In this document: in pieces, positions 1 through 12,154 of the stretch
Position numbering within the stretch: position 1 is the first letter of the stretch
Layout: each line of letters starts with the position of its first letter
Source: the human T2T-CHM13v2.0 reference genome, Homo sapiens
DNA length: 64,000 nt
Strand: one strand, 5' to 3'
NCBI RefSeq assembly: GCF_009914755.1
Contig: NC_060926.1
Notes under the pieces: model-generated
The model's database searches: none
Seen by the model: the letters and a program-made list of their open reading frames with translations, nothing else
Told to the model about the DNA's origin: nothing
Program-made: the position numbers and the translations under genes

Positions 1-3000
1 GTGCATCTTTGCCATATTAACTTCACTCTTGCTCTCCTACCAATTAGATCAGTCAGTCTATCTCTTATGAGGAGGAGAGAGAGATTGGAAGACTCCTCAT
101 AGAACCCTGAGGATGAGGAAATAAGGTTTTCCCAGCATCCATATTCTGAATCTTTCCTAGTTACTCTTCTTCACAGATGGATCTGTCATCTGTCACACAC
201 TTTCCAAGGTGAAGTACGCGCAAGCTGATGACTCCATCCATTTTTGGATGTCAATGTATTGACATGAATTTTGATAGGGACATTTTTGGAAATAAAGCTT
301 TACCTGGAAGAAGTGATTAGATGGTGGTGTGTTATGTCTCTTTGAGCCACAGGGTCTGTGTTTCTGGGAGTGACTCTAGTGATGGGAGTGTTGGGGCAGT
401 GGCAAGCCAGTGGAGACACACTCTGGGCAGGCGGGGTCCTTTGGCCAGCCTGGACTCCCTGTGGGAAGGTCTGCTTGCCTTTGGATACAGTTACTTAACA
501 ATTATGTGCTTCCTCCACTCTGGAAGTCTGGGGTTTCTGTAGGTTTCAGACTTTACCCAGCTGCATCAAGAAGTCCATTGTTGGAGAAAGAAGCCACGTG
601 TTGGCATCTTGAAAGATAGCCCCCAGTGGTCACCGGCCTGTGTTTATCAATACTGAGGGCAATGGTTTGTAATTGGAAACACATTGCTTTTCCTTCCAAG
701 GCCAAAAGAACAAATGTTTTCCATTAAAGAAGAACCAGATACAAGCTAGTTTGTTCCTTGGTCCTTTGAGTTTGTTTTAACATCTGTAAAATTTCAAGTG
801 TCTGGACACCTTAATAAGCATTCAAAAAAATGGAACATTCCCAGGCTCAGGGTGTGTGTGCATGAGCCTGGGCACACAGCTGTTCTCTTTGTCTATGAAC
901 CTGGCTATTGTGGTCACAGCTGCCTGTGGCCCCCTGACCTGACTGCAGGATCCGCCAGTGACCCTGTCTTTCTGTTTCACTCCTTCTGGTTCGTGCCTCT
1001 CCTTTCTCCGGGGTTCATTCCTATTCCAGGAAGTAAGGAACAATTCAGTGAGTTCCAGGGAAGTCCTATGGAAGAAAAGGAATCAAGAAAGAAGCTTCCA
1101 GGCACTGATCATCAAATGCAGCCTGAAAGCTTTTGAGAAGAGACCGTGGAGCAGCACATGCAAGCCCTGCACAGACCGCTGTGCCCCTCTGCCCACAGCC
1201 TTGATCTGGGGGTGGTCTCAAGGAAAATTCTAGCAAATGCAACTGCCTTGCATATAAAAATGCCGTGTCCTATGTTTTATGAGGAGTTAAAAAACACATG
1301 TGTGTGTGGCAGGGGGGAGTGGGTTCCCATAAGTCCTGCTTCTCTGCTCCACACCTGTCATGCCCATCCCAGCGAGTTCTGAATTCATCCAGATGGCTGC
1401 AGTTTGCTCTGAATAGAAAAGATGGAAGGCTTAAAGAATTTTTTGAGCAGCTAATATAAACACCTAGACTGTTCCTACTGATGACAGCCTGCTGCAAGTT
1501 AGCATCTCCCTCCATGAGCGGGTGCTGAGAGGAGCCAGGAAAGTGGGCATTGTCTTGTGCCCACAAATTAACATGCAAGTCCCGTTTCTATACCAAGCCC
1601 ACATGAGGAGTAGGGCTGAACCACGTGCTTGGTCATGGAGAAGGAAGATGCCCAGAGAGGCTCCTGGCCCCCTCCAGGCACAGGCTTTGTAACCACCGCG
1701 GGCCAGGAAGACTGAAACAGGAAGCAACGAGAGAGAGCCTTGAGGTCTAAGAAGAGCACATGCAGAGTGGGAGGTCTGTTGAAATGCTGGCTCGACACAT
1801 AGCACTGAAAGAGCATGATTGATAGATGAATTACTGTTGTGTCTCATGAAAAGGAACCTGGCTCACTGGGAGGGCAGCACGTGGGGTCCTGGGGACATGT
1901 TTGGTGGTTGAGGGGGTTGACATCCTCAGAGACCAGGTGTGTGGACCGGCACAGAGTTTCTGCTCTTCAGTAGCCCTGGTCCAGGACATGCATCTTTGGA
2001 AGTTAGTAGCTTCCCAGGCCTCACGAGGAAGGGTGGTGTACAGGATGAAAGGGAAGGCTGTTTACCCAGAGCCCTGGTTCTAAGCTGCCTAAGAAGACCA
2101 AGGGGTTTTGCTTCTCTGCCAGGACAAGGCCACCTACCCAGAAGATACCTGCATTTCTGATTCTGTTCTTAGCCTCTCTTCTATCCACCTGCTGGCACAC
2201 ATCTGTTTAGTTTTTGGTTTCTTTTAATCATATTTCCTGGGAGACCAAGTGAGTGGATTAAAGACAGACCCACATGATTTCATAAAGAACCTTCACTGCT
2301 GGACTGAAAGCCGAAGTCCTGGCCACATTAATCCATGACCCTGGCAGTTCATTTATTTCCTTTTAGTGGTTCAGGCAGGCATCAGATCTTTTCTTTTTTG
2401 TGTCTCTGATGCCTAACAAGGGCTCTATAAATGCTTGTTGAACAGTGAAAGGTTGGAAAGGAAATAATTTTCATATTCTTGTGTTTGAGGGGAAGATGTG
2501 GGTCCCATTTCCAAGCTATGGCATAGATTTGGGTTTTGTGACTTGAAGTGAGATGGTCTGTGTGGGATTGAACAGGTGAATTTGCTGAGTCTTGTAGGAC
2601 CCTGGTGGGGATGGCAGGTGGGGACAGAGACCCTGAAACCTGGGAGGCCAGAAAGTCGGTGGTGGTCAAGGATCCTAGGAGGGATCTGAGAGGTGAACTA
2701 GATCAATACCATGGGGACAGTCACTACCATGGAGGGAATCAGATGAAATGGGCTGAGACAGCAGAGGGTTCCCACAGGTACAGGGAGGATTTGGAGGTCA
2801 GATCCAGGGACTGGAGTTGGCCAGAAATGTTGCAGTGTTCAAAGGTGTACGCAGAACAAGACAGAATTTTGCTGGATCTTTTGCTGCTGTTCTGGTTGAC
2901 TTTCTTTTTGCTCTTTGAAGAGTGAAGATTTTTATACCTGGAAGCCTAGGGGATGAGAGCACAGGCTCTGGCCAGTGGAGCAGAGGGCAGTCAGAGTAGA

Positions 3001-3881
3001 AGCACACACTCCTAATCTGTTTCTTTCTTCCCCCAAAAGCTGCAGCTAGGAAGATGTCAAGGACTCTTTGGCGGGGCAGAATGCATGTTACTGTGTGAAG
3101 CTGCAGAATGAATGGCCCAGATAGAATAAGGAATTTCAAGTGAAAACATAAAGGCTCCTCCCTACTTGATGTCATATGAAGTGGCAAGAGCTTTTTACTC
3201 ACTCTAAAGGAGCTGAATGGAACTCATGTATTTTATCAAATTCGGTGCAAATCAGCATTTAGGGAAATGTGGTCGGTGAGGAAGCTACTCCTGGACTGAA
3301 GGCTGCTACTGAGCCTCAGGACTGGACTTTGCCTTCAAGGAGCTCAAAGACACTGGTTAAGGGAGCAGATTCCCATGAGGATAACTCCTTTAAGCCAAAC
3401 AATCTCCTGGTCCCAACTTTTGGTCAGTGATGTTGGTATCTGGGGTAGGAGCCTGAACCCTTGGATGGTGGGGTAACCACAGAAGTGAAAAAAGTGACTG
3501 TCTGGGGCCACCTTCTATTGCTTGCTCTTACTTTCAGAATTCTGGGGCTCACATTCATCTCTAACAGGTGACCAGCCTTGCCACAAATAGCACAGCGTAG
3601 CCGTGGACAGCAAGGGCAGGGCTTGTGGGGCCAGGCAGCCTAGGCTTACCAGCTTCAAGGCCAACTCAGTTTTCCTTTCCAAGCCTCAGTTTCTTCATCT
3701 GTAAACTGGGCATGGTAATAATTCATGCTCCACAGGACTGTTGTATTGAGTGAGATAATTCATTTTAGTTTATCATCCCAAATAGCCAACAGTATTAAAG
3801 CCATTTTGCTTTAAGAGGCATTTTGCCAGTTTGATGGCAGACAGGAATAGGTAGCATATTTATCCTCCTTTCTGTTTTTCT

Positions 3882-4179
3882 TTTCTTTCTTTTTTTTTGA
3901 AACCGAGTCTCGCTCTGTCGCCCAGGCTGGAGTGCAGTGGCACGATTCGGCTCACTGCAAGCTCCGCCTCCCAGGTTCACGCCATTCTCCTGCCTCAGCC
4001 TCCCCAGTAGCTGGGACTACAGGCGCCTGCCACCACATCCGGCTAATTTTTCTGTATTTTTAGTAGAGACGGGGTTTCACTGTGTTAGCCAGGATGGTCT
4101 CGATCTCCCGACCTCGTGATCTGCTCGCCTCAGCCTCCCAAAGTGCTGGGATTACAGGTATGAGCCACCGCTCCCGGCC
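3882..4179 (-). mobile_element. Alu, AluY-like, full length
   Basis: Alu consensus with Y-type caagctccgcc/cgccattctc; 15-bp TSD cctttctgtttttct at 3867-3881 and 4181-4195. Confidence 0.95.
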
Positions 4180-5786
4180 ACCTTTCTGTTTTTCTAAGTG
4201 TCATCACGTGAGCAGAAAGGAGAGGCAGAAAGACCGTGTACAGGAGAGTGGGGGGGATAGGTGGTCTCAATGTAAAGCATGTCCCAGGAAATCTGTAGCG
4301 TAACACAGGGAGTTGACTGAAAATGTATGTGATTAAGAAGCCGAGTAATGAACTTAATGAATAGTGAATAATGTCATAACCTTAGTAAAGGAAAATAAAT
4401 CCTGACTCACAGCAATTTTCAGTTTGATGAAATCTCAAGGGAAAAACATTTCTGCACAAGAACTTCAGGTTTTGGGATTAGTGCCAGAGGAAAGAAGCTG
4501 AGTTTACATGACGTGCATTGGACGTGTGTGGTGTCAGGAGTGGCTGACAGACCACCTCGAGATGTGTGTCCTCACCTCCCTCTTCATCTGACCAACCCTA
4601 GAAAATACTCTGTGTCTGCTCCCCTGTCTCAGGCCATGTGTCACTTAGATCCTTGCAACAGGATGAACCTGTCCCCATGCTAAACTTGGGCACTGCCGCA
4701 GCTGGAAAACTCGGATAAATAATAGGCCTGCTAAGTGGAAGCCGTTTAAATGTGTCTCCCACAAGGTCATGCATCAGACCAGGAGAAGAGTGAAACAGAA
4801 CGCATCTGCTGGAAGAGCAGTATTGGCTGGCTACAAGGAATCTGGAGAAGATGGTTTCTTCCTTCCTTCAGGGTTTTTTCTCGCTTCCAGTTTACTGACT
4901 TGTATAAATTTACAATATTCCTCAGTCTTTTACTGCTCGATCAGTACTTTTTAGAATCAGGAGCTGGCGTTGAAAGGCCTGAGAGAAAGAGGCCTGGGAG
5001 GGGCCAGGGCTTTCTGTGCCTCAAGTGGCCTGATCTCAGCTCCCACTCTGTCCTTCTCCTAAGTCCCAGTCTGGGCCCCACCCACTGCGTCCCACCCCTA
5101 TCCCTTCCACCTCCTTGGCACAGTCTGCTCCATCTGCTGCAGGCAGAGCACCCCAACCAACTAGAAATCAACCATGAGGACTCCCGCCCCCCACCCTCCC
5201 GGCCAGGTGCATTTAAGGCCTCGGATAGATACTGAGGTGAGGCCATTTGTTGACTATCTTCAGCTTATTGGGATTTGGGATTAGAGCAAGGAGAGGGTCA
5301 TGAATCCTAAAGGGATGGTGACATCTATTTACCTTCTAACACAATGCATTTGCTGGGGTTTCTTCCCCCATTTATGTGTGGACACAGTCCATCGGGACAT
5401 TTATAGGCCAGGTTGAGAGGATATGGATTCCTGGCTCTCCTTGGGTTTTTTACTTTCTGAGATGTATAGAAATGCACACATAGTTGGAAGTCATCCTGTT
5501 TCAATGCCATCATGAATAATAAACTGCATTATCTCCCTTTTAACAAGGGAAGACACTGAAGTTAGGTCAGTTGCCTGAGGTGACAGAGCTCCTGGGTGGC
5601 AGGGGTGGGGAGGACTGTGGAAGCACCGTCCCGGGAGGAGCGAGGGTGGCCGGGCTGCAGCAGAGCAGGAGGGGCGGCCGCCCTGAGATAGAGAGTTCTC
5701 TGTCTCTCAATTCAGCAGCTGGCACTTCTCTGGGATTGTCTGCTTACTGGGGGAGGTGTGCATCTTCCAGAATCACTGGTTTAAGC

Positions 5787-5822
5787 TGTGTGTGTGTGTG
5801 TGTGTGGGCGGGGGGGGGGGGG
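5787..5822. repeat. (TG)n microsatellite abutting a poly-G run
   Basis: Read directly from the sequence. Confidence 0.9.
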
Positions 5823-6453
5823 TGTGTCCTGACACAGGGGTTGCTTATTCTTCCATTCTTCTCATGGCCTGGTTTGGCGGCAAGAAGCAGGGCACTGCAG
5901 GCGGACCTGGCATCTGACCAGCTGTGCACAGTCAGGACAGCCTCACCCCAGCTCCGGGCGTGTGAGTCCCTGCTTAGGTGAGCCCAGAGGTGGAGCCAGC
6001 TGAGGATGTGCCCTCCTTTCCACATTCTGCCTTAGACAGAGGATGCATGAGTTTGCATTGTAGGATTCTGGCACTGCCGCGGGCAATGGCAGATAAGCTC
6101 CCTGCCTGCAGTGGCTGTGCCAGTCCTTCCTTCATTGCTTGACTTGAAAATAACCACTCCGAACCTGTGCGATATATTTGTGGCCCAGAGGAAGTTCTCC
6201 AAATCTGCCAACCATATTCTTCTCGTGCCTTACCCAAGACAATAGCCACTGTTGACAGACCTTCCTGGTACCAAGCCTTGAATATCTCACTTCCTGACTG
6301 GCCCTGATGTCCTCAGAAAACCCTGGGCAGGGCTGCTATTCTTTCTGCCCATTTTTTCTAAGAGATCGTTTTGTAGAATGGGTATTACTGATGAGACTAG
6401 TACCAAGCTAGGGCATGTGAGGGAGATAAACCGTTGGCACCACTGTTTTGCAG

Positions 6454-6623
6454 ATTGAATCCATTTACTACTTTGTGGTGGGGGATGTTCCTGAAGAATC
6501 CAAGGAGCTTCTCCTCCAGAGGGCCTTGGAGATCCCGTGTCCAGTCTACACAGTGTCCTTCAACGCCAGAGGAGAAGGCACTATAGCTTTTCTAAAGGAT
6601 CTGAGTGCCAAGACCCACAGCAG
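6454..6623 (+). CDS. VWA3B: VWA3B coding exon (likely exon 6), 170 nt: IESIYYFVVGDVPEESKELLLQRALEIPCPVYTVSFNARGEGTIAFLKDLSAKTHS(R)
   Basis: Acceptor ctgttttgcag|ATT, donor CAG|gtaggc. Open frame with VWA-like strand/helix pattern (IYYFVVGD, VYTVSFN, FLKDLS). Not in the ORF track because it lacks a start codon. Confidence 0.95.
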
Positions 6624-7220
6624 GTAGGCAGAAAATGTGCTCTTGAGTGACAGCAAGCGGGTTGCCTGCTCACACAGGATCAACAGTGGGTCTTGCATTC
6701 TTCGTGGCTTTAACCAATCTGTTGCTGTGTTCTCCTCTTTCCAGTATATTATTTAGTCTCTCTGCATCTTTTCTTCTCCGTCTTGTATTAATCATGACTT
6801 TCTATTTTCTGCAATTCTTATGCTTTGACCTCTTGGTGCCTTGCTGGTCCAGGAGACCCTGTCCCTCCCAGGGCTAGCCAATTCCTAGAGATAGCAAATT
6901 ACTCACTGGGGCACACTTTCATATGCAAACCAACCAGAGCCCACACTGCCAATCCAGGCTCTCTCACTTAGAACCGCTGTTCTCTACCCTAATCACTCCA
7001 GGGCCACACACCAGAAAACTCGGGACAGCCCCTACACCCCAGAGCTCAGGGAAATTATTCAAATAGCCTGCTTACCCTTCCTCTCCTGTTCCTTCCCTTG
7101 GAATCCACACTAAAGGTCCTCACCTACCTTTCCCCTCACTCCCTCTGCCTCCCGGCTGAGCCGGTGCTTCCCTGTGTGGCCTGCGTGGCACGCTGTGCCC
7201 CTCTCTCCTCCTGGGAACTG

Positions 7221-7408
7221 GGCTAGTCAGCTTGGGCTGCCATAACAAATTGCCACAGGCTGGGTGGCTTAACAAGTATTTATTTCTTACAGTTCTAGAG
7301 GCTGGGAAGTACTAGGTGAAGGAGAATTCGGTTTCTGGTGAGGTCTCTCTCCCCGCCTTGTAGGCAGCTGCCTTCTCACTCTGTTCTCACACGGTGGAGA
7401 GAGAGAGT

Positions 7409-7475
<67 letters not shown>

Positions 7476-7788
7476 AGAGAGAGGGAGGAGAGAGAGGAGA
7501 GAGAGGAGAGAGAGAGGAGAGAGACATTGTGTGTGTGTGGAGAGAGAGAGAGCAGAGAGACGGAGAAAGAGAGAGAGACAGAGAGACAGAGAGTGAGGGC
7601 GCACTCACTGGTGTCTCTTCCTCTTCCTATAAGGTCACTCATCCTATAGAATCAGGGCCCTGCCCTATGACCTCATTTAACCTTTATTACCTCCTGTTCT
7701 ATCTCCAAAGACAGTCACATTGGGAATTAGGGCTTCAACATAGGAATTTTTTTGGCTTGGGATTGGGGGAGCACAATTCAGTCCATAG
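7221..7788 (-). mobile_element. MLT1A-type MaLR LTR nested in the MER74-like LTR
   Basis: tagtcagcttgggctgccataacaaa ... cacaattcagtccata termini. Confidence 0.8.
7396..7595. repeat. Compound (GA)n/(GT)n microsatellite inside MLT1A
   Basis: Read directly; explains the overlapping low-complexity ORFs at 7287-7828. Confidence 0.95.
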
Positions 7789-8059
7789 GGGAACCATGAG
7801 TAACAAACTATCTTTTCAATGGCAGTAGGCTCCTTATCTATTGGCCTCACAATACCCGAATAGTAATAAAACCTGCATTTAAAAACATATGCCCCTGCAC
7901 CCTGGGTCTGTGTGTGTGTGTGTATGTGTGTGTGTAAGTTTAGGTCTCTTGTGGAGAAAGATCAGCTACTTCTGTGGTTACAAGGAGAATTATAAAATCC
8001 TTTCCTAAGTTCTCCTTGAAATGGGTACAACGTCTTCCCAGAGCACTTGTTCTTTAAAT

Positions 8060-9880
8060 ATTTTTAAATTGATACATATTTGTACATATTTATAGGGCCC
8101 ATGAAGGGGTGGGTTGCCCCTCCACACCTGTGAGTGTTTCTCGTTAGGTGGAACGAGAGATTTGGAAAAGAAAGAGACACAAAGTATAGAGAAAGAAAAA
8201 GGGGTCCCAGGGGACCGGCATTCAGCATACCAAGGATCCACACCGGCACCGGCCTCTGAGTTCCCTTAGTATTTATTGATCATTATCGGGTGTGGCAGGA
8301 TAATAGGATAATAGTGGAGAGAAGGTCAGCAGGTAAACACATGAACAAATGTATCTGCATCATAAACAAGATAAAGAAAAAAGTGCTGCGCTTTTGATGT
8401 GCATATACATAAACATCTCAATGCCTTAAAGAGCAGTATTGCTGCCAGCTTGTCCCACCTCCAGCCCTAAGGCGGTTTTCCCCTATCTCAGTAGATGGAA
8501 TATACAATCGGGCTTTACACAGAGACATTCCATTGCCCAGGGACAAGCAGGAGACAGAAGCCTTCCTCTTATCTCAACTGCAAAGAGGTATTCCTTCCTC
8601 TTTTACTAATCCTCCTCAGCACAGACCCTTTACGGGTGTTGGGCTGGGGGACAGTCAGGTCTTTCCCTTCCCACGAGGCCATATTTCAGACTGTCACATG
8701 GGGAGAAACCGTGGACAATACCTGGCTTTCCTAGGCAGAGGTCCCTGCAGCCTTCCGCAGTGTTTGTGTCCCTGGGTACTTGAGATTAGGGAGTGGTGAT
8801 GACTCTTAACGAGCATGCTGCCTTCAAGCATCTGTTTAACAAAGCATATCTTGCACAGCCCTTAATCCATTTAACCCTGAGTGGACACAGCACATGTTTC
8901 AGGGAGCACAGGGTTGGGGGTAGCGTTACAGATTAACAACATCTCAAGGCAGAAGAATTTTTCTTAGTACAGAACAAAATGGAGTCTCTTATGTCTACTT
9001 CTTTCTACACAGACACAGTAACAATCTGATCTCTCTTTTCGCCACAGGCCCATGTGATATTCTGTTGCATGCATAGCATGTGGAATGATCAAGTCGGGAT
9101 TTAGGATGTGCATCACCTTATTTATCATTTCTATGTGTTGGGAACATCTTAAGTCCCCTCTTCTGGCTATTGTGAAATATAAAATACACTGTTGTTAACT
9201 ATAGCCACCCTACTTTACCATCGGAACATTAGAGCCTACTCCTTCTATCTCACTGTATGAACCTACTCCTTCTATCTCACTGTACGTTTGTACCCATTAA
9301 CCAACCTATTTTTATCCCCCGATCCTCACACCTTTCCCAGCCACTGGTATTTATCATTCTACTCTCATCTCCATGAGATCAACTTTTCCACCTCCTACCC
9401 ATGAGTGAGAACATGCGATATTTGGCTTTTTATACCTGGCTTATTTCCCGTAATATAATGACCTCCAGTTCCATCCATGTTGCTGCAAATGACGGCATTT
9501 CCTTCTTTTTGTGGCTGAATAGTATTTATTAAGTATATACCACCTTTCTTTATCCATTCACCCATTGATGGACACTTAGGTTGATTCCGTATCTTGGCTA
9601 TTGTGAATAGTGCTGTAATAAACACAGGGTGCAGATATCCCTTTGATATGCCGACTTCCTTTTCTTTGGGTAAATACCTGGTAGTGGGATTGTTGGATTG
9701 TATGGTAGTTCTATTTTTAGTTTTTTGAGAAATCTCCATAGTCTTTCCTATAATGGCTGTACTAATTTACATTCCCACCAACAATTTATAAGACTTCCCT
9801 TTTCTCTGCCTCCTCAGCAGCATCTGTCATTTTTTCTTTTTGATAACAGCCCTCCTAACAGGGTAAGATGGCATCTTGTT
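8060..9880 (-). mobile_element. L1MA-type LINE 3' end, split by the HERV-K LTR
   Basis: L1 3'UTR and ORF2 C-terminal relic (FITALFTIAKIRNQPKCPSM in ORF 9395..9739); sequence is continuous across the LTR. Confidence 0.88.
8102..9046 (-). mobile_element. HERV-K(HML-2) solo LTR, LTR5B-like
   Basis: Reverse complement starts TGTGGCGAAAAGAGAGATCAGATTGTTACTGTGTC and ends GGGGCAACCCACCCCTTCA; perfect 6-bp TSD GGCCCA at 8096-8101 and 9047-9052. Confidence 0.95.
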
Positions 9881-11344
9881 CTTAAGTGTAGGTGCTCATC
9901 ACAGTCACTGGGGAGCTTGTTAATGATACAGAGGCCAGGCTTCACCTTGCCGGCTCATTCCACGTCATAGAGAGAGCCCGGGAATATGAATTTTTCCCAT
10001 CACTTTGCATAATACCTGCCCAGAGAGCTTGATTGAGATGCAAATTTTATAGCCGCAGCCCCAGGAATTCTAATTTTCAAGATCTGTGAAGGGCTAGAAA
10101 TTTTCATTGTTAACAAGACTTTGGGACTCTAAGGACCATTGCTGTGGCTGCTCTTACGGCACTTTGAAATCTTTTAACATCAAGTATGTGGCTCCCATTC
10201 TGGGTTCCTGAGCCCCTAAGTACAGAAGGGGGCTCCCTCCTGTGACCTCGCTAGTTGAAAGAGAAGAGGCAACTGGCCAGTCACCTCTCTTGCTGTTCTC
10301 TGATTAGCTCATCTGGGGCATGCTAGAGCCCAGGGAATAATTTCCTGTGAGAGAAGCTGTGGTTCAGCTACCTAACGAGGCCATGCAGCCATGGAGGTGG
10401 GTCTTGCAGAAAAGGATGAGGTATTGATGTATCCTCCTGTCCATGCTCTGGGCCTTTGCAGGCAAGCGTAACCCATCACGAGTAGTGCCCCTGCCTTCTC
10501 CACTCCCTGCCTGGACACCCCATGGCTTCTGGTTGGTCTTGGTGCACCTTTGGCCATGGGGCCCCAGCTGGAGGGCAGTTATTCTCCAGCTGCAAGTGGC
10601 ATGTCCTGAGTGTCTCAGGTTGCAGGAGGCTGCCTGGTCTGGTGACCCTCCAACTGGACTCCGGCTTCCCCTGTGCCAGAGGCTGTGTCTGGGTAGAACC
10701 ACCAGTCCAAGCACAGCGCTGTGCTCTAAGGCTCAAACAGCCTGTCATAATGCTGAGTTGCTTCTGCACAAGCGAGACTATATCAGCCAGAGGAAATTTC
10801 TGCCCTGCTCCCTTTTCTAATCTAGAAAACAGATCAGAGAGTGGAAGGTCCTGGGTGCCAAAGGCCTTGACACTCAGGGCATGGGGCCTGCTGGGGCAAA
10901 CCTCACCCATCTCCCCTCCTTGCCCTACAGGGCAAGGGAGCTGGACATTTCTGCTCTGGATGAAGCTCCTGCAGGAGTTGGGAATGACCAGGCTAAGAGT
11001 TCATTGGCTTTAGGAAGGGCACCAGAATGAGGCTGACATTTTAATTGCCGTCAAGTCATTATTCCAGTCTCGCCTGAAACCCTTTGGGAAGAGACTGAGG
11101 ATTTCCATAGCCGCGGTGGGTTCCCTAGACTTCTCCCAACATTTCCATCCTGAGCGGTGCTTGGGATTTCTCTGAGTTGAGTGTGTGGTGCTAGGCAGAG
11201 ACGGAACTCCTGCGTGGCTGGTGGAGCATTACTTGTGACTTCCTCTGTCCACCTGAAAGAAATGTCCTGCTATTTATGGACTTTTTGGATTCCAGTTAAG
11301 TGGCTTTGAGGGTGTGACTTAGCCCATCACCCTGTGCACTACAT

Positions 11345-11480
11345 CAGTGCTTTCAAACTTTCATGTGTCTGTCAGCCCCCTGGGGACCCTGTTAAATGGA
11401 TATTTGGACTCCACAGGGCTGGGTGGGGGCCTGGGAGTGTGTATTCCTAACCTGCTGCTCCTTGGACCATGCTTTGAAAA
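11345..11480. mobile_element. MER5-like hAT-Charlie fragment
   Basis: cagtgctttcaaactt...ggtgggggcctgggagtgtgtatt...gaccatgctttgaaaa. Confidence 0.55.
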
Positions 11481-12038
11481 GACAGGTCCTAAAAACTTGT
11501 CTACACAGGAATGCTTCTCATTCGTGCTTAAGCCTGGCTCCTGGGGAAGTGTGTGTTTGCTGAGTTAAAGTTGACTGATGCCCATCAGCAGCAGGCAAAT
11601 TAGGCAAATGCTGTCTGTGTCATGAGCTGTCCTCACTGAACCTACAGAGCTGATGGGTGCTACTGGGGCCCCTCATTAGACCCCTGGCTTGGCTAAGCTG
11701 TGTTGACATGACGGAACCCTGGGAACAAGAGAAAGAATATAAGCATAGAGTGTCATTTTCCCAGGACCAAGAAATACCATTTGGTTGAGCTAATTTACCC
11801 TCTAATGAAAGGATGAGTTGTCGGTTAAAATCCCACATCATTCACAATTCTCTGTGCTATTCTGCCTCCCTGTCTTTTGCTTGTGGAATTGACAAGGTGC
11901 AGGAAGAAGCAGTGACCATGGCTAAGAAGATGAAGATGCCCAGTGCTGCCGAAGAGCACGTTCAGTCCCAGGAGAAGGAACAAGCATGCACGGACACCTG
12001 CGTACTGCCTTCCTAATGAGCATCTCTTCACGTTTCAG

Positions 12039-12154
12039 ATTCCACGCATTTGCCGAGAGAACAGAGTGTGTAGAATTTCCTGCATTCTCCACAAAGGATG
12101 GTGACAATGTGATGACTTGGAATTCAAGGAAACTGAAAGGAAAACTCCCTCCAG
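12039..12154 (+). CDS. VWA3B: VWA3B coding exon (likely exon 7), 116 nt: (R)FHAFAERTECVEFPAFSTKDGDNVMTWNSRKLKGKLPP(G)
   Basis: Acceptor ctcttcacgtttcag|A, donor CAG|gtacct. Phase 2 in, phase 1 out, matching both neighbours. Lies within track ORF 11986..12183. Confidence 0.95.

Larger units (their letters stand above)
6785..7887 (+). mobile_element. MER74-like ERVL solo LTR, interrupted by an MLT1A element
   Basis: Starts tgtattaatcatg, contains gggctagccaattcctagagatagcaaa, resumes at ~7790 with gagtaacaaactatcttttcaatggcag and ends aataaaacctgcatttaaaaaca. Confidence 0.65.

Noticed and set aside
960-1140. Pyrimidine tract + CAG at 1029 followed by purine-rich sequence (possible cryptic exon)
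   Set aside because: Does not match the VWA3B protein and has no clear donor; unsupported without RNA data.
9395-9739. L1 ORF2-like peptides (also 25975-26402)
   Set aside because: Frameshifted 3' remnants of truncated LINEs, not intact ORFs.
11813-12016. Protein-like ORF (KVQEEAVTMAKKMK...) just upstream of an exon
   Set aside because: It stops at 12016, before the acceptor; no convincing splice pair and no family I recognise.
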